A stretch of 32,000 nucleotides of DNA from Pseudodesulfovibrio piezophilus C1TLV30. GTDB lineage: Bacteria > Desulfobacterota > Desulfovibrionia > Desulfovibrionales > Desulfovibrionaceae. Position numbers and translations under genes: made by a program. The notes beneath the pieces were generated by a model. That model was given only the letters and a program-made list of their open reading frames with translations, searched no databases and was not told the DNA's origin. The DNA is taken from contig NC_020409.1 in the NCBI RefSeq assembly GCF_000341895.1, positions 450,001 through 482,000 of the forward strand. Direction: 5' to 3'. Shown piece by piece: positions 17,615 through 26,116 of the stretch (position 1 is its first letter; each line of letters begins with the position of its first letter).

Positions 17615-18229
17615 CTAGACGCGAATGGTCTTGGAAGCAAGTTGGAAACTTGTCACAATATCAAGCATGTTGGTGACAGTACCAACTCCTTTTTTTTCTG
17701 TGAGATTAAAATGTTCAAGACATGTACCGCACACAAGGACAGATACTCCAGCTTCTTCCAGCTTCGACAGTTCTTCCATACAAGGGCTTGTAGCAACAGC
17801 AAGTTTCACTCCGCCATTCACCATGACGACCCGCCATAAATCCTTTCCCATCTCTTTAAGTGTCAGGATAAAGTTATATATGAGCTTCTTGCCCAACTCA
17901 TCATCTCCAGTACCCATCACATCAGAGGCGATAAAGACTAGAATTTTTTGCTGGTCAATCTCCGCAAGTTCCGCGTTGCTCATCTCTTCGCATGCTAAAC
18001 ATGCTTCCTCAGTTTTTTTTAGGCCGGTGATAACATACTCATCGCCAACAATTTCCACGTCTGTGTCATACCCCTTGGTTGAAAGAAAGCGTGAAACATT
18101 TTCTTGAGCCGCTTTATTGTCGACTTTAATTGAAATGGAAACTGGAGCTTGTTCTTCGATTGCCTGTTTGCATTTCAAAACAGGTTGAGGGCAGGGGAGC
18201 CCCTGGCATTCTATTAGTATTTGAGACAT
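17615..18229 (-). CDS. yedF: YedF-type sulfurtransferase-like selenium-metabolism protein (TusA/SirA-like N-domain + DsrE-like C-domain)
   Basis: 204 aa. N-terminal CPxP motif (ECQGLPCPQPVLKC), then a DsrE/DsrF-like half (ILVFIASDVMGTGDDELG ... VLVCGTCLEHF). Perfect SD AAGGAGG upstream. Confidence 0.75.
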   Translation of the reverse strand: MSQILIECQGLPCPQPVLKCKQAIEEQAPVSISIKVDNKAAQENVSRFLSTKGYDTDVEIVGDEYVITGLKKTEEACLACEEMSNAELAEIDQQKILVFIASDVMGTGDDELGKKLIYNFILTLKEMGKDLWRVVMVNGGVKLAVATSPCMEELSKLEEAGVSVLVCGTCLEHFNLTEKKGVGTVTNMLDIVTSFQLASKTIRV

Positions 18230-18390
18230 TTACGTCCTCCTTAGTCTATTAGTGAATCATATCTATCTAAAAGAGGTCAAATAGATAAGGTTGATGAATA
18301 AATAAGCATCATAATGCTCTCTCAATAATCTATCAAAACTTGCTCTCTCAAATATCTCTAGCTATTAAGAGGTGAAGGACAAAAAAAACT

Positions 18391-19038
18391 ATGAAAATAC
18401 CTATTAATCCAACGACCTTTTCTCCTCTTGTTGCCTTCTTATTTAAACTCTGGGCAAAAACACTCCGTTTTGAGGTTCATGGAGATTTGGATTCTCTTAT
18501 CGCACAAAACAAGACCGGGAAATCATATGTTATTGCTTTGTGGCATGGAGAACTGTTTCCCATTGTTGCTTTTTCATTGGGTATTGCCAAGGACGTTTTT
18601 CCTTTGATCAGTCAAAGTAAAGATGGAGAATTTATCGCAAGGATTTTCAAGACGCTTGGTTTTGTGACCGTACGTGGCTCAAGTTCTCGTGGCGGGGTTA
18701 AAGCGCTTCTTCAGGCTAAAAGAATTATGGAAAAAGAAAATAAAATGGCTGTCGTAACAGTTGATGGACCTCGAGGCCCTCGTCATAAATCCAAAGATGG
18801 AGTGATTTTCATGGCACAAAGAGCAAAAGCTCAAATAGTACCTGTGCGTGCATACCCTGTTACCAGAAAAGTTTTTAGCCAGTCGTGGGATCACTTCCTC
18901 CTTCCTCTTCCTTTTTCCCGTTGTCCCATTTATATTGGGGAACCAATGCCTGTAACCGATAGAAAACTCGATAAAGGCATTCTTGCTCAAGAGAAAAATA
19001 AACTTGAAAAGGAATTGCTGTTTCTAAAGCCGAAGTAG
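18391..19038 (+). CDS. DUF374 / lysophospholipid acyltransferase-like family protein
   Basis: 215 aa. Motifs ALWHGELFP, ISQSKDGE, VRGSSSRGG and TVDGPRGPRH are as I recall them for DUF374 proteins, which are usually found in LPS/Kdo neighbourhoods. Confidence 0.7.
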   Translation: MKIPINPTTFSPLVAFLFKLWAKTLRFEVHGDLDSLIAQNKTGKSYVIALWHGELFPIVAFSLGIAKDVFPLISQSKDGEFIARIFKTLGFVTVRGSSSRGGVKALLQAKRIMEKENKMAVVTVDGPRGPRHKSKDGVIFMAQRAKAQIVPVRAYPVTRKVFSQSWDHFLLPLPFSRCPIYIGEPMPVTDRKLDKGILAQEKNKLEKELLFLKPK

Positions 19039-19050
19039 TTTTTGTTCAAA

Positions 19051-19095
19051 GCAAAAGAGAAAGCCCAGCAGATTCTGCTGGGCTTTCTCTTTTGC
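19051..19095. terminator. bidirectional intrinsic terminator between the convergent DUF374 gene and gcvT
   Basis: Perfect 21-bp stem GCAAAAGAGAAAGCCCAGCAG / CTGCTGGGCTTTCTCTTTTGC with a 3-nt loop. A GC-rich core is flanked by A-rich and T-rich arms, so either strand yields a hairpin plus a U-rich tail. Confidence 0.8.
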
Positions 19096-19136
19096 TGGAA
19101 TAAGATGTTTAAGTATCAGGAAAAGTTAATCCGTTT

Positions 19137-20222
19137 TTAATCAATCTTGATCCGCGCAGTTCCTTGAGTATAAAATGGAAGTGAACTTTTTTTGGCGTTC
19201 AATTCAGTACGACTTGTTTTGATGATGAATTCATCCTGCTGTGCATCTTCTGCTTTGACATATGCCAAGGCAATACAATGCCCCAGACTAGGGGCAAAAG
19301 AGCCGCTCGTGATAATGCCTGTTTTTTCACCTGAGGGAAGAAAAACAGGATCATTATGGCGTGCAGTGCGTCGCCCATCAATAGATAAAGCTATTAATGC
19401 TTCATTCTTTTGGGTCAATCCTGATTTGCCAATATAATCAGATTCTTTTTTGAGAAAAAAACCTGCCCCTGCTTCATGAGGAGTATGATTCTCATCCAGA
19501 TCCTGACCATAGAGTGGGTACCCTATTTCAAGACGAAGTGTATCACGCGCTCCGAGTCCGATGGGTTGGACTCTCTCGTCCTTGATAAGTTTTTCCCATA
19601 TTCCAAGGGCTGCTTCGGAAGGGAGGTAGAGCTCGTATCCCAACTCTCCAGTATAGCCGGTTCTGCTGACGATCATAGGAAATCCCTGACTGTCATCATT
19701 GGCAAAACAGAAGTACTTAAGTTGATTCCATTGTGATCCCAGAAGGGTGTTGAGGACGTCTAAACTTTGCGGGCCTTGAACATCTATTTTTGCCGTTTGT
19801 TCACTGATGTCGGCCAAAAAGAGGGAATCAGGAAGATGAGATTGAATGTGATTGAAGTCTTTTTCTCTGCAAGCACCATTAACAACTAACATGTACTCGT
19901 CTTCTGCTAGACAATAAATAATCAAGTCATCATGTATTCCGCCTCGTTCATTGAGAAGGAAGCCATATCTGCACTTATTTGGTGCCAATGTCTCGAGATC
20001 ATGGCTGACGACTTTGTTTAAAGCCTTCATTGCGCCTTTTCCAGTCAGAGCAAATTCACCCATATGACTGATATCGAAAATACCAGTTTGGGTTCGAGTA
20101 TGTTTGTGCTCAATCATTATTCCCTTGTATTGGACAGGCATATCGAAGCCAGCGAAAGGTGCCATTTTGGCTCCATTTTCTCTATGCCAATCGGTAAGGG
20201 GAGTCTTTGCTAAAGATTCCAT
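19137..20222 (-). CDS. gcvT: glycine cleavage system aminomethyltransferase (T protein)
   Basis: 361 aa. Motifs TPLTDWHRENGAKMAPFAGFDMPVQY, FDISHMGEF and GLGARDTLRLE. SD GGAGGA upstream. Confidence 0.93.
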   Translation of the reverse strand: MESLAKTPLTDWHRENGAKMAPFAGFDMPVQYKGIMIEHKHTRTQTGIFDISHMGEFALTGKGAMKALNKVVSHDLETLAPNKCRYGFLLNERGGIHDDLIIYCLAEDEYMLVVNGACREKDFNHIQSHLPDSLFLADISEQTAKIDVQGPQSLDVLNTLLGSQWNQLKYFCFANDDSQGFPMIVSRTGYTGELGYELYLPSEAALGIWEKLIKDERVQPIGLGARDTLRLEIGYPLYGQDLDENHTPHEAGAGFFLKKESDYIGKSGLTQKNEALIALSIDGRRTARHNDPVFLPSGEKTGIITSGSFAPSLGHCIALAYVKAEDAQQDEFIIKTSRTELNAKKSSLPFYTQGTARIKID

Positions 20223-20243
20223 TCATTCCTCCATAAACGTGTT

Positions 20244-21986
20244 TTAGAAAAATCCAGGGCCAGTTGAGCCAGAGGCTCGAGATTTTCTGATTGAACGGAA
20301 TTCATCCAGAAGTCTCATGAACTGACCGTAGAGTATTTTGATCTTTTTACCATAAGGCGAAAGTTGAGTTTCAGAGACCTCAACATATTTTCGTCTCAGA
20401 TACGGGTCGGATATCACATCGCCGCCAATGATTAGAACCTTGACGACTAGTTTGTCAAAATAGTTGACAATCTCAAATTTGAGTTCACCCAGAATTTCAT
20501 TCATCAGTTCGAGCATTTGTTTGTAGGAGACTGTTTCTCCTTTGTATTTTCGATACCGCAAATCCTCAAGAATACGTACTTTTCTGGCTTGTTGTATTTG
20601 GCTGTATCGAGACCATACTTCCTGATGTAGTGCATAGTGTTCATTGAAAACATCATAGTTATCTGGGGCGAGGAGGTAGCCATCAAGCACTCGTACTACC
20701 TGTGAATAATATTCATCTGAGTAGTCGATGATACGGTGCATGTGTTTTGATAGCCATACATAGAGAACTTTAAGTCTTTTCTCATGAGTATCCGTATTAT
20801 TGATTAACTCATTACGCTTGTAGTTTACTTTAATCCGATATTCACCTTGAACAATATCATTAAGACGTAAAATCATATTGTGAACATTTTGAATGATATT
20901 GAGATTGTCAATCACCTCACCTGTCACAGGGTGAATGACTTCTTGCCTCAAAACAGACAAGGCTCGTTCTTCTCTTACATTTTTAGGGCTATATTCATGC
21001 TGTTGATATATAACGCGAAGAATGACAATCCGCTTCTTTACATCAACAAAGAAACCTCTTTCTTCAAGCATGGATATCGTGTCTTTTTGATTTTCATTGA
21101 CTTGGACAAGGGCGGTTTTTTCTACTCGGGGATATTTTTTTAAATGTTTTGGGGTTGTTGCAGGTGGAGACATCATCGTTGTTATAGTTCGATCACTTTG
21201 TCCAAGAACACGCACTATAAAGCGCTCGCCAGAGCGTAATAGGCGTATGGCAAACATGGCAGAGGAGGTGCGTCTTTCAGAAACAATTGGGAAACCGTGA
21301 AGTTCCATCATGAATTGATAGACGAAGAGCCTATTGCATTCATACATAAGGTTATCACCCGGACGGAACTTGCCAATTTTTAACCCAAACTGTTTCAATT
21401 CACTGTCCAAGTTTGAGGGAAGAGAAGCATATATTCCTTGTAGAGTAAATTCCCCGGTGGAATCATGAGCAAGAACATGAGCTCGTTCGAGTTCTAAAAG
21501 GAATCGAAGGAGTCCTCCATAATTCTTCATTGTCGTGATATCTGTATCATCAAACTTCTTGATAAATTCTTGATGGTGTCTTTTAGGAAGGCGGCTTTGA
21601 TACGTCCGAAGATTAGTAGCTATTAAGTTATCTTCAATGAGACATGAGTCTTTTCCTTGCATATCATTCCAATCGGAAAGAGCATGAAGTGCATCATATT
21701 GAAAGACTTCTTGAAAGGAATTCAGTTGACGCTCAAAGGCGACCAGGCTCATCCCAGGAAGTGCTTTATATTCATAAAGATCGACCTCAAAGGATGGGAG
21801 CAGTTCCCTTGCTTCAACAAGAGGGTAGTTTTCATTTATGAAATAAGGTTTCAGGAGACAATGTTTTATGTGACTGTAATCAAGGAACTCCTTGAGATCT
21901 TCCAAAGTCTGCAACTTTGGTTCCTTGGAGTTTTTCCTGACATATTTTTTATAAGCAGGTGCTTTGCTGAATGCTTTCTTCCACAT
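20244..21986 (-). CDS. hypothetical protein, 580 aa, no recognisable family
   Basis: Long uninterrupted ORF, same strand as gcvT and ending 21 nt upstream of it. No TM segment, signal peptide or catalytic motif that I recognise. Rich in K/R/Y/E. Confidence 0.75.
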   Translation of the reverse strand: MWKKAFSKAPAYKKYVRKNSKEPKLQTLEDLKEFLDYSHIKHCLLKPYFINENYPLVEARELLPSFEVDLYEYKALPGMSLVAFERQLNSFQEVFQYDALHALSDWNDMQGKDSCLIEDNLIATNLRTYQSRLPKRHHQEFIKKFDDTDITTMKNYGGLLRFLLELERAHVLAHDSTGEFTLQGIYASLPSNLDSELKQFGLKIGKFRPGDNLMYECNRLFVYQFMMELHGFPIVSERRTSSAMFAIRLLRSGERFIVRVLGQSDRTITTMMSPPATTPKHLKKYPRVEKTALVQVNENQKDTISMLEERGFFVDVKKRIVILRVIYQQHEYSPKNVREERALSVLRQEVIHPVTGEVIDNLNIIQNVHNMILRLNDIVQGEYRIKVNYKRNELINNTDTHEKRLKVLYVWLSKHMHRIIDYSDEYYSQVVRVLDGYLLAPDNYDVFNEHYALHQEVWSRYSQIQQARKVRILEDLRYRKYKGETVSYKQMLELMNEILGELKFEIVNYFDKLVVKVLIIGGDVISDPYLRRKYVEVSETQLSPYGKKIKILYGQFMRLLDEFRSIRKSRASGSTGPGFF

Positions 21987-22188
21987 GGATATTTATCCGT
22001 GATCTGCTAATGGTAAAGATACTCTGTGAATAAAATTACTACAATTAAGAATATATATACCTATCTTATCAAAAATTCAACGGATTTGACAATATCTTCG
22101 CTGTGTCAGGCGTTGAAAGAATTTCATTTTATTGTCTTTAAAAACTGCCTGGAAGTACGTCGGTTGTGACAATAATAGACTAGAATCG

Positions 22189-22217
22189 TTGACACAAAAT
22201 ATGAGTTTGTCTAAAGT
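22189..22217 (+). promoter_or_regulatory. possible sigma70 promoter for the small Cys-rich gene
   Basis: TTGACA (22189-22194), a 17-nt spacer, then TAAAGT (22212-22217). About 48 nt upstream of the ATG at 22266. Confidence 0.3.
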
Positions 22218-22265
22218 CCTTATGGTACTTATGGCTGTTGTTATAGCGTTGGTGGAGAAGGTGTT

Positions 22266-22469
22266 ATGAAGAAAAAAGATCAATGTCCACGATCAAAGAT
22301 TAATGAACAATACTGCACATGTACACACTCGTGCGACAAGCATGGTTTGTGTTGCGAATGTCTTCACTACCATCGTCAACGAGGGGAAATTCCAGCTTGT
22401 TACTTTACAAGTGATGAGGAAAAGACTTTCAATAGAAGTGTTGAGTTTTTTATCCAAAGACGCTCTTAG
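22266..22469 (+). CDS. small cysteine-rich protein (67 aa, 8 Cys), possibly DUF6485-like
   Basis: GGAGAAGG SD before the ATG. Cys pattern C-x9-C-x-C-x3-C-x5-CC-x-C-x12-C ([39 protein letters not shown]). It resembles small proteins I recall annotated as DUF6485, but this is unverified. Confidence 0.6.
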   Translation: MKKKDQCPRSKINEQYCTCTHSCDKHGLCCECLHYHRQRGEIPACYFTSDEEKTFNRSVEFFIQRRS

Positions 22470-22512
22470 GAGAGGCTGGCGTAAGAAGTTTTTTGCTTTC
22501 AGTCTTCAGGAG

Positions 22513-23076
22513 CTAATGATTGAAGAGAAAACCTGTTTCCCATAATGTAACGAGGTTTGGAGTTAAGAGTTCTCGAAATTCTTTGATCAGACAGGTTAAT
22601 TCCTCTCTGGAGAAGTAATATCCTTCCGAAACCTCTTCAACATTGGGAGATATTGGTTGTATATTCTTGTAAACGGAGAAAATTGTAACATTTTCAAACC
22701 CTGTTTCAGGACATGCTGCAAGTGATTGTGTGAATTGAGGAGAGTCCACCTCAAGGTGCAACTTGGTCTCAAGCACTCGAAAAACAGCATCAAGAGAAGA
22801 TTCTCCCACCAAAGGGTGTGTACGAGCTGAAACATCCCATCTGCCTGGAAAAAAACGTTTTCTTTTATTTCTTTTTTGTAGGTAGATTTTTTTTTGGGGA
22901 TTAAAAACAAGTACTTGTACAGAACGATGCTTGAGAAGTTGTCTGTGAACAAGATCCTTGGGGAGTACTGCAAAAGGGGAGTTGTTATCATCAACGACTT
23001 CAACAACGTGGCTGGATGCATATTGGTCGAGTAATACTTTTTCCGGCACTTTCCCTTCTTCCCTTTTTTTTGACAT
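22513..23076 (-). CDS. Nudix-fold protein, IPP-isomerase (Idi type 1)-like but lacking the Idi catalytic Cys/Glu
   Basis: The block HRSVQVLVFNPQKKIYLQKRNKRKRFFPGRWDVSARTHPLVGESSLDAVFRVLETKLHLEV aligns by eye with E. coli Idi [61 protein letters not shown]. Start chosen at MSKKREEG (23076); the track start at 23115 is also possible. Confidence 0.7.
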   Translation of the reverse strand: MSKKREEGKVPEKVLLDQYASSHVVEVVDDNNSPFAVLPKDLVHRQLLKHRSVQVLVFNPQKKIYLQKRNKRKRFFPGRWDVSARTHPLVGESSLDAVFRVLETKLHLEVDSPQFTQSLAACPETGFENVTIFSVYKNIQPISPNVEEVSEGYYFSREELTCLIKEFRELLTPNLVTLWETGFLFNH

Positions 23077-23152
23077 GATTAACGAGAATAATGTGTGTGT
23101 ACACTTTCCCCTCATACATTACTAGTATAGAGAAAACCATGAGGGCCATATA

Positions 23153-23608
23153 ATGGACCAGACTGTAGTCAGGCTCACTGCGGTGGATTTAGATGAGGTG
23201 GTTGAGCTTGAAAGCATCTGTTTTGCTTACCATTGGACACGTGAGCAGTTCCTTTTGGGGCTTGACCGAGGTATTTTTACTATCCTTGGAACATGGGCCG
23301 CAGGTACTCTGGTCAGTTATATCGCTTTCTCTCTTATTGAAGATGAGATGGAGATTCTTAATCTTGCGGTCCATCCTGCGCACAGGAAAAAAGGGCTTGC
23401 AACGCTATTGTTGACTGAAGCTTTTAAAATATGTCGTAAGCAAGCGATCAAGAAAAGTTATTTAGATGTCAAAAGGTCAAATTTTCAAGCAATTGGATTA
23501 TATCGTAAGTTTGGCTATAGGCAGACTGGGGTCCGCCTAAATTACTATCCGGATACAAAAGAAGATGCTTTGTTGTTCATGTATGACTTTACTTCAGAGA
23601 TTTTATGA
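23153..23608 (+). CDS. rimI: ribosomal-protein-alanine N-acetyltransferase (GNAT, RimI family)
   Basis: 151 aa. RimI-like N-terminus (DEVVELESICFAYHWTREQF) and GNAT motif A (LAVHPAHRKKGLATLLL). Confidence 0.8.
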   Translation: MDQTVVRLTAVDLDEVVELESICFAYHWTREQFLLGLDRGIFTILGTWAAGTLVSYIAFSLIEDEMEILNLAVHPAHRKKGLATLLLTEAFKICRKQAIKKSYLDVKRSNFQAIGLYRKFGYRQTGVRLNYYPDTKEDALLFMYDFTSEIL

Positions 23609-23619
23609 AAGGAAAGACC

Positions 23620-24822
23620 ATGTTATTTATAGATCAGATCGATATTAAAGGGAAAAAACTGCTATTTCGGGTTGATTTTAATGTTCCGCAAGATGCTGGA
23701 ACTATAACAGATGATAATCGTATTAGAGCTGCCATACCAACATTGAAATATGCCTTGGATCAAGGAGCTGCCATCATTTTATGTGCTCACCTTGGTAAGC
23801 CGGGGGGCAAGGTTGTGCCAGAGTTGTCTCTGGCTTCAGTTGCCGAGAGAACTGGCGAACTTTTGGGGATCAATGTTCTTTTATCGCCGGATACGATTGG
23901 AGATATTTCACAAAAAATGGCGGCAGCATTAAAACCTGGGCAAGCATTAATGCTGGAAAATTTGCGGTTTAATCCTGAAGAGATCGGGGAAAAGGCAGAA
24001 GATCGTGGTGATTTTGGGAAGGTTTTAGCCAGTATGGCAGATGTTTATGTGAATGACGCATTCGGAGTCGCACACAGGGAGAATGCTTCTGTTGTTGATA
24101 TTCCACGGTATGCGAAAGAATGTTGTGCTGGTTTTCTTATCAAACGAGAACTTGAATACCTGGGAGATGCCTTACGAGAGCCTCGTCGACCGTATGTTTG
24201 TGTGTCAGGTGGGGCAAAGGTCTCTACAAAACTTGGAATTTTGAATAATCTTTTAGGCAACGTTGATGATATCATTATTGGTGGAGCCATGGCCAATACT
24301 TTTCTTCTGGCGCAGGGATATGCTGTTGGTAAATCTCTTGTCGAAGCAAATTTGGTTGAAGATGCTCAAGCTTTGATGTTGAAAGCCGAAAAACTCGGAA
24401 CTCGACTCCATTTACCTATTGATTTCAAATTTGCATATTCCCATGAAGCAGTGGAGTCTGATGGAATCTGTTCTATCGAATCAGTTCCTGAAGATGCACT
24501 TGTTCTTGATATTGGCCCCCAAACGATTATAAATTTTGTGGCACTTCTTGCTCAATCAAAAACTATTGTCTGGAACGGACCTATGGGGCTTTTTGAAACA
24601 CCGGCCTTCGCAGAAGGTTCCCTTGCAATTTGTCAAGCTATTGCTGAAGTAAAGGATGCCGTGAGTATTGTCGGGGGAGGGGACACGGATGCTGTCGTGC
24701 ATCTTCTGGACCTTGCAGAGAAGTTTAGTTTCATTTCCACTGGTGGCGGCTCATTTCTTCAATTCCTCGAGGGAAAAGAATTGCCTGCATTCAAGACTCT
24801 AAAGGAGTGTGTAACTCAATGA
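23620..24822 (+). CDS. pgk: phosphoglycerate kinase
   Basis: Motifs RVDFNVP, LENLRFNPEE, NDAFGVAHR and GGGDT. The ATG at 23620 follows SD AAGGAAAG. The track start at 23605 (ATGA overlap with the rimI stop) is the alternative. Confidence 0.95.
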   Translation: MLFIDQIDIKGKKLLFRVDFNVPQDAGTITDDNRIRAAIPTLKYALDQGAAIILCAHLGKPGGKVVPELSLASVAERTGELLGINVLLSPDTIGDISQKMAAALKPGQALMLENLRFNPEEIGEKAEDRGDFGKVLASMADVYVNDAFGVAHRENASVVDIPRYAKECCAGFLIKRELEYLGDALREPRRPYVCVSGGAKVSTKLGILNNLLGNVDDIIIGGAMANTFLLAQGYAVGKSLVEANLVEDAQALMLKAEKLGTRLHLPIDFKFAYSHEAVESDGICSIESVPEDALVLDIGPQTIINFVALLAQSKTIVWNGPMGLFETPAFAEGSLAICQAIAEVKDAVSIVGGGDTDAVVHLLDLAEKFSFISTGGGSFLQFLEGKELPAFKTLKECVTQ

Positions 24823-25592
24823 AAAAATTGATGGCTGCAAATTGGAAAATGTTTAAGACGTGGGATGAAGCTCAGACTACCGCTCGGGAAATTGTCGAAA
24901 TGGCCGGGGCTGTACTCCCTGAGGACAGAGAGCTTTTGGTTCTGCCTCCCTTTACTTCGCTACGAGGTGTCTCAAAACAATTTAAGAGTATCAAGGGCTT
25001 TTCAACAGGAGGGCAAAACTTTTACTGCGAAGAAGAAGGTGCCTTTACTGGCGAAATTTCTCCAAGAATGCTTACTGATGCTGGAGCGGCTTATGGTTTA
25101 ACCGGACATTCTGAACGTCGCCATATCATGGGGGAGAGCGATACTCTTATAGGTAGAAAAACTGCGTATGGGGTACAAAGTGGGTTAAAAATAATCTTAT
25201 GTGTTGGTGAGACTGATGATGAGCGAGAAAAAAATCAAATAGAAGTGGTTTTAAAGCGTCAACTTGATCTTGGGCTAGAAAAAATTTCAAGAAAAATTTC
25301 ACCTGAAAACATTAGTATTGCCTATGAACCTGTTTGGGCAATTGGCACTGGAAAAGTTGCAGGGGAAGCAGAAATCGTAGCTGCTCATACTTTTATTAGA
25401 AAAACTCTGATTTCAATTTTTGGGAATAATGGTAATAAAATTAGGGTTTTGTATGGTGGAAGTGTGAAATCAAGTAATTGTGGTAAGATTATAGCGCTTG
25501 ACAACGTCGACGGAGTATTGGTAGGAGGCGCGAGCTTGCACGGCGAAAGCTTTTCCGAGATCGTTTTAGCCAAGCGGTGCGAGTCAAATTAA
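24819..25592 (+). CDS. tpiA: triosephosphate isomerase
   Basis: Motifs MAANWKM, GHSERR, IAYEPVWAIGTG and YGGSV. The ATG at 24819 overlaps the pgk stop (ATGA) and follows SD AAGGAG. The track start at 24807 is less likely. Confidence 0.95.
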   Translation: MKKLMAANWKMFKTWDEAQTTAREIVEMAGAVLPEDRELLVLPPFTSLRGVSKQFKSIKGFSTGGQNFYCEEEGAFTGEISPRMLTDAGAAYGLTGHSERRHIMGESDTLIGRKTAYGVQSGLKIILCVGETDDEREKNQIEVVLKRQLDLGLEKISRKISPENISIAYEPVWAIGTGKVAGEAEIVAAHTFIRKTLISIFGNNGNKIRVLYGGSVKSSNCGKIIALDNVDGVLVGGASLHGESFSEIVLAKRCESN

Positions 25593-25616
25593 ACGAGTTA
25601 GTAGAAGGATAAGATT

Positions 25617-25964
25617 GTGGAAACTTTAGTGATTGTCATACATATTTTAGCTTGCATCTTTCTGATTGGCGCGGTAATGCTTCAGTCCGGTCACGAGGGA
25701 ATGGGAGTGATCTTCGGCGGCGGTAGCTCCACCATGTTTGGTAGCTCCGGTGCAGGAGGACTTCTCGTCAAGGTAACAGCAGGTTTGGCTACAGTTTTCC
25801 TGATTACCTCTCTGACCTACAACGTCCTTACTGGCAATAAAGTCTCTGAACAGGATTCTATAATGCTCCAGGGTGAGGGTGTCGTCCAACCGATTGTTCC
25901 GGCTGAGCAGCAAAAGCCCGCCGTATCTTTCAAGGACACAGGTAACGACGCTAAGAGCGAATAG
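25617..25964 (+). CDS. secG: preprotein translocase subunit SecG
   Basis: 115 aa, GTG start after GAAGGA. Two TM segments flank the Gly-rich loop (LQSGHEGMGVIFGGGSSTMFGSSGAGG). Position after tpiA and before tRNA-Leu. Confidence 0.88.
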   Translation: METLVIVIHILACIFLIGAVMLQSGHEGMGVIFGGGSSTMFGSSGAGGLLVKVTAGLATVFLITSLTYNVLTGNKVSEQDSIMLQGEGVVQPIVPAEQQKPAVSFKDTGNDAKSE

Positions 25965-25980
25965 CTCATAAGCATATCGT

Positions 25981-26067
25981 GCCGAGGTGGTGGAATTGGT
26001 AGACACGCTGTCTTGAGGGGGCAGTGGAAGAAATTCCGTGGGGGTTCGAATCCCCCCCTCGGCACCA
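25981..26067 (+). tRNA. leuU: tRNA-Leu (anticodon GAG), long variable arm
   Basis: GCCGAGGTGGTGGAATTGGTAGACACGCTGTCTTGAGGGGGCAGTGGAAGAAATTCCGTGGGGGTTCGAATCCCCCCCTCGGCACCA. Anticodon loop TTGAGGG, T-loop TTCGAAT, CCA encoded. The 5' half is nearly identical to E. coli leuU as I recall it. Confidence 0.93.
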
Positions 26068-26076
26068 CGTAATCAA

Positions 26077-26116
26077 AAGGGTTGCAGCTAACAAGCTGCA
26101 ACCCTTCCTCTTTTTT
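26077..26116 (+). terminator. rho-independent terminator after tRNA-Leu
   Basis: Stem AAGGGTTGCAGCT / AGCTGCAACCCTT with loop AACA, followed by CCTCTTTTTT. Confidence 0.8.

Noticed and set aside
20223-22265. Glycine riboswitch expected upstream of gcvT
   Set aside because: Only 21 nt separate gcvT from the upstream ORF. The 280-nt region upstream of the 580-aa gene contains none of the conserved ACCGAAGGGGCAA / CTCTGGAGAG cores on the minus strand.
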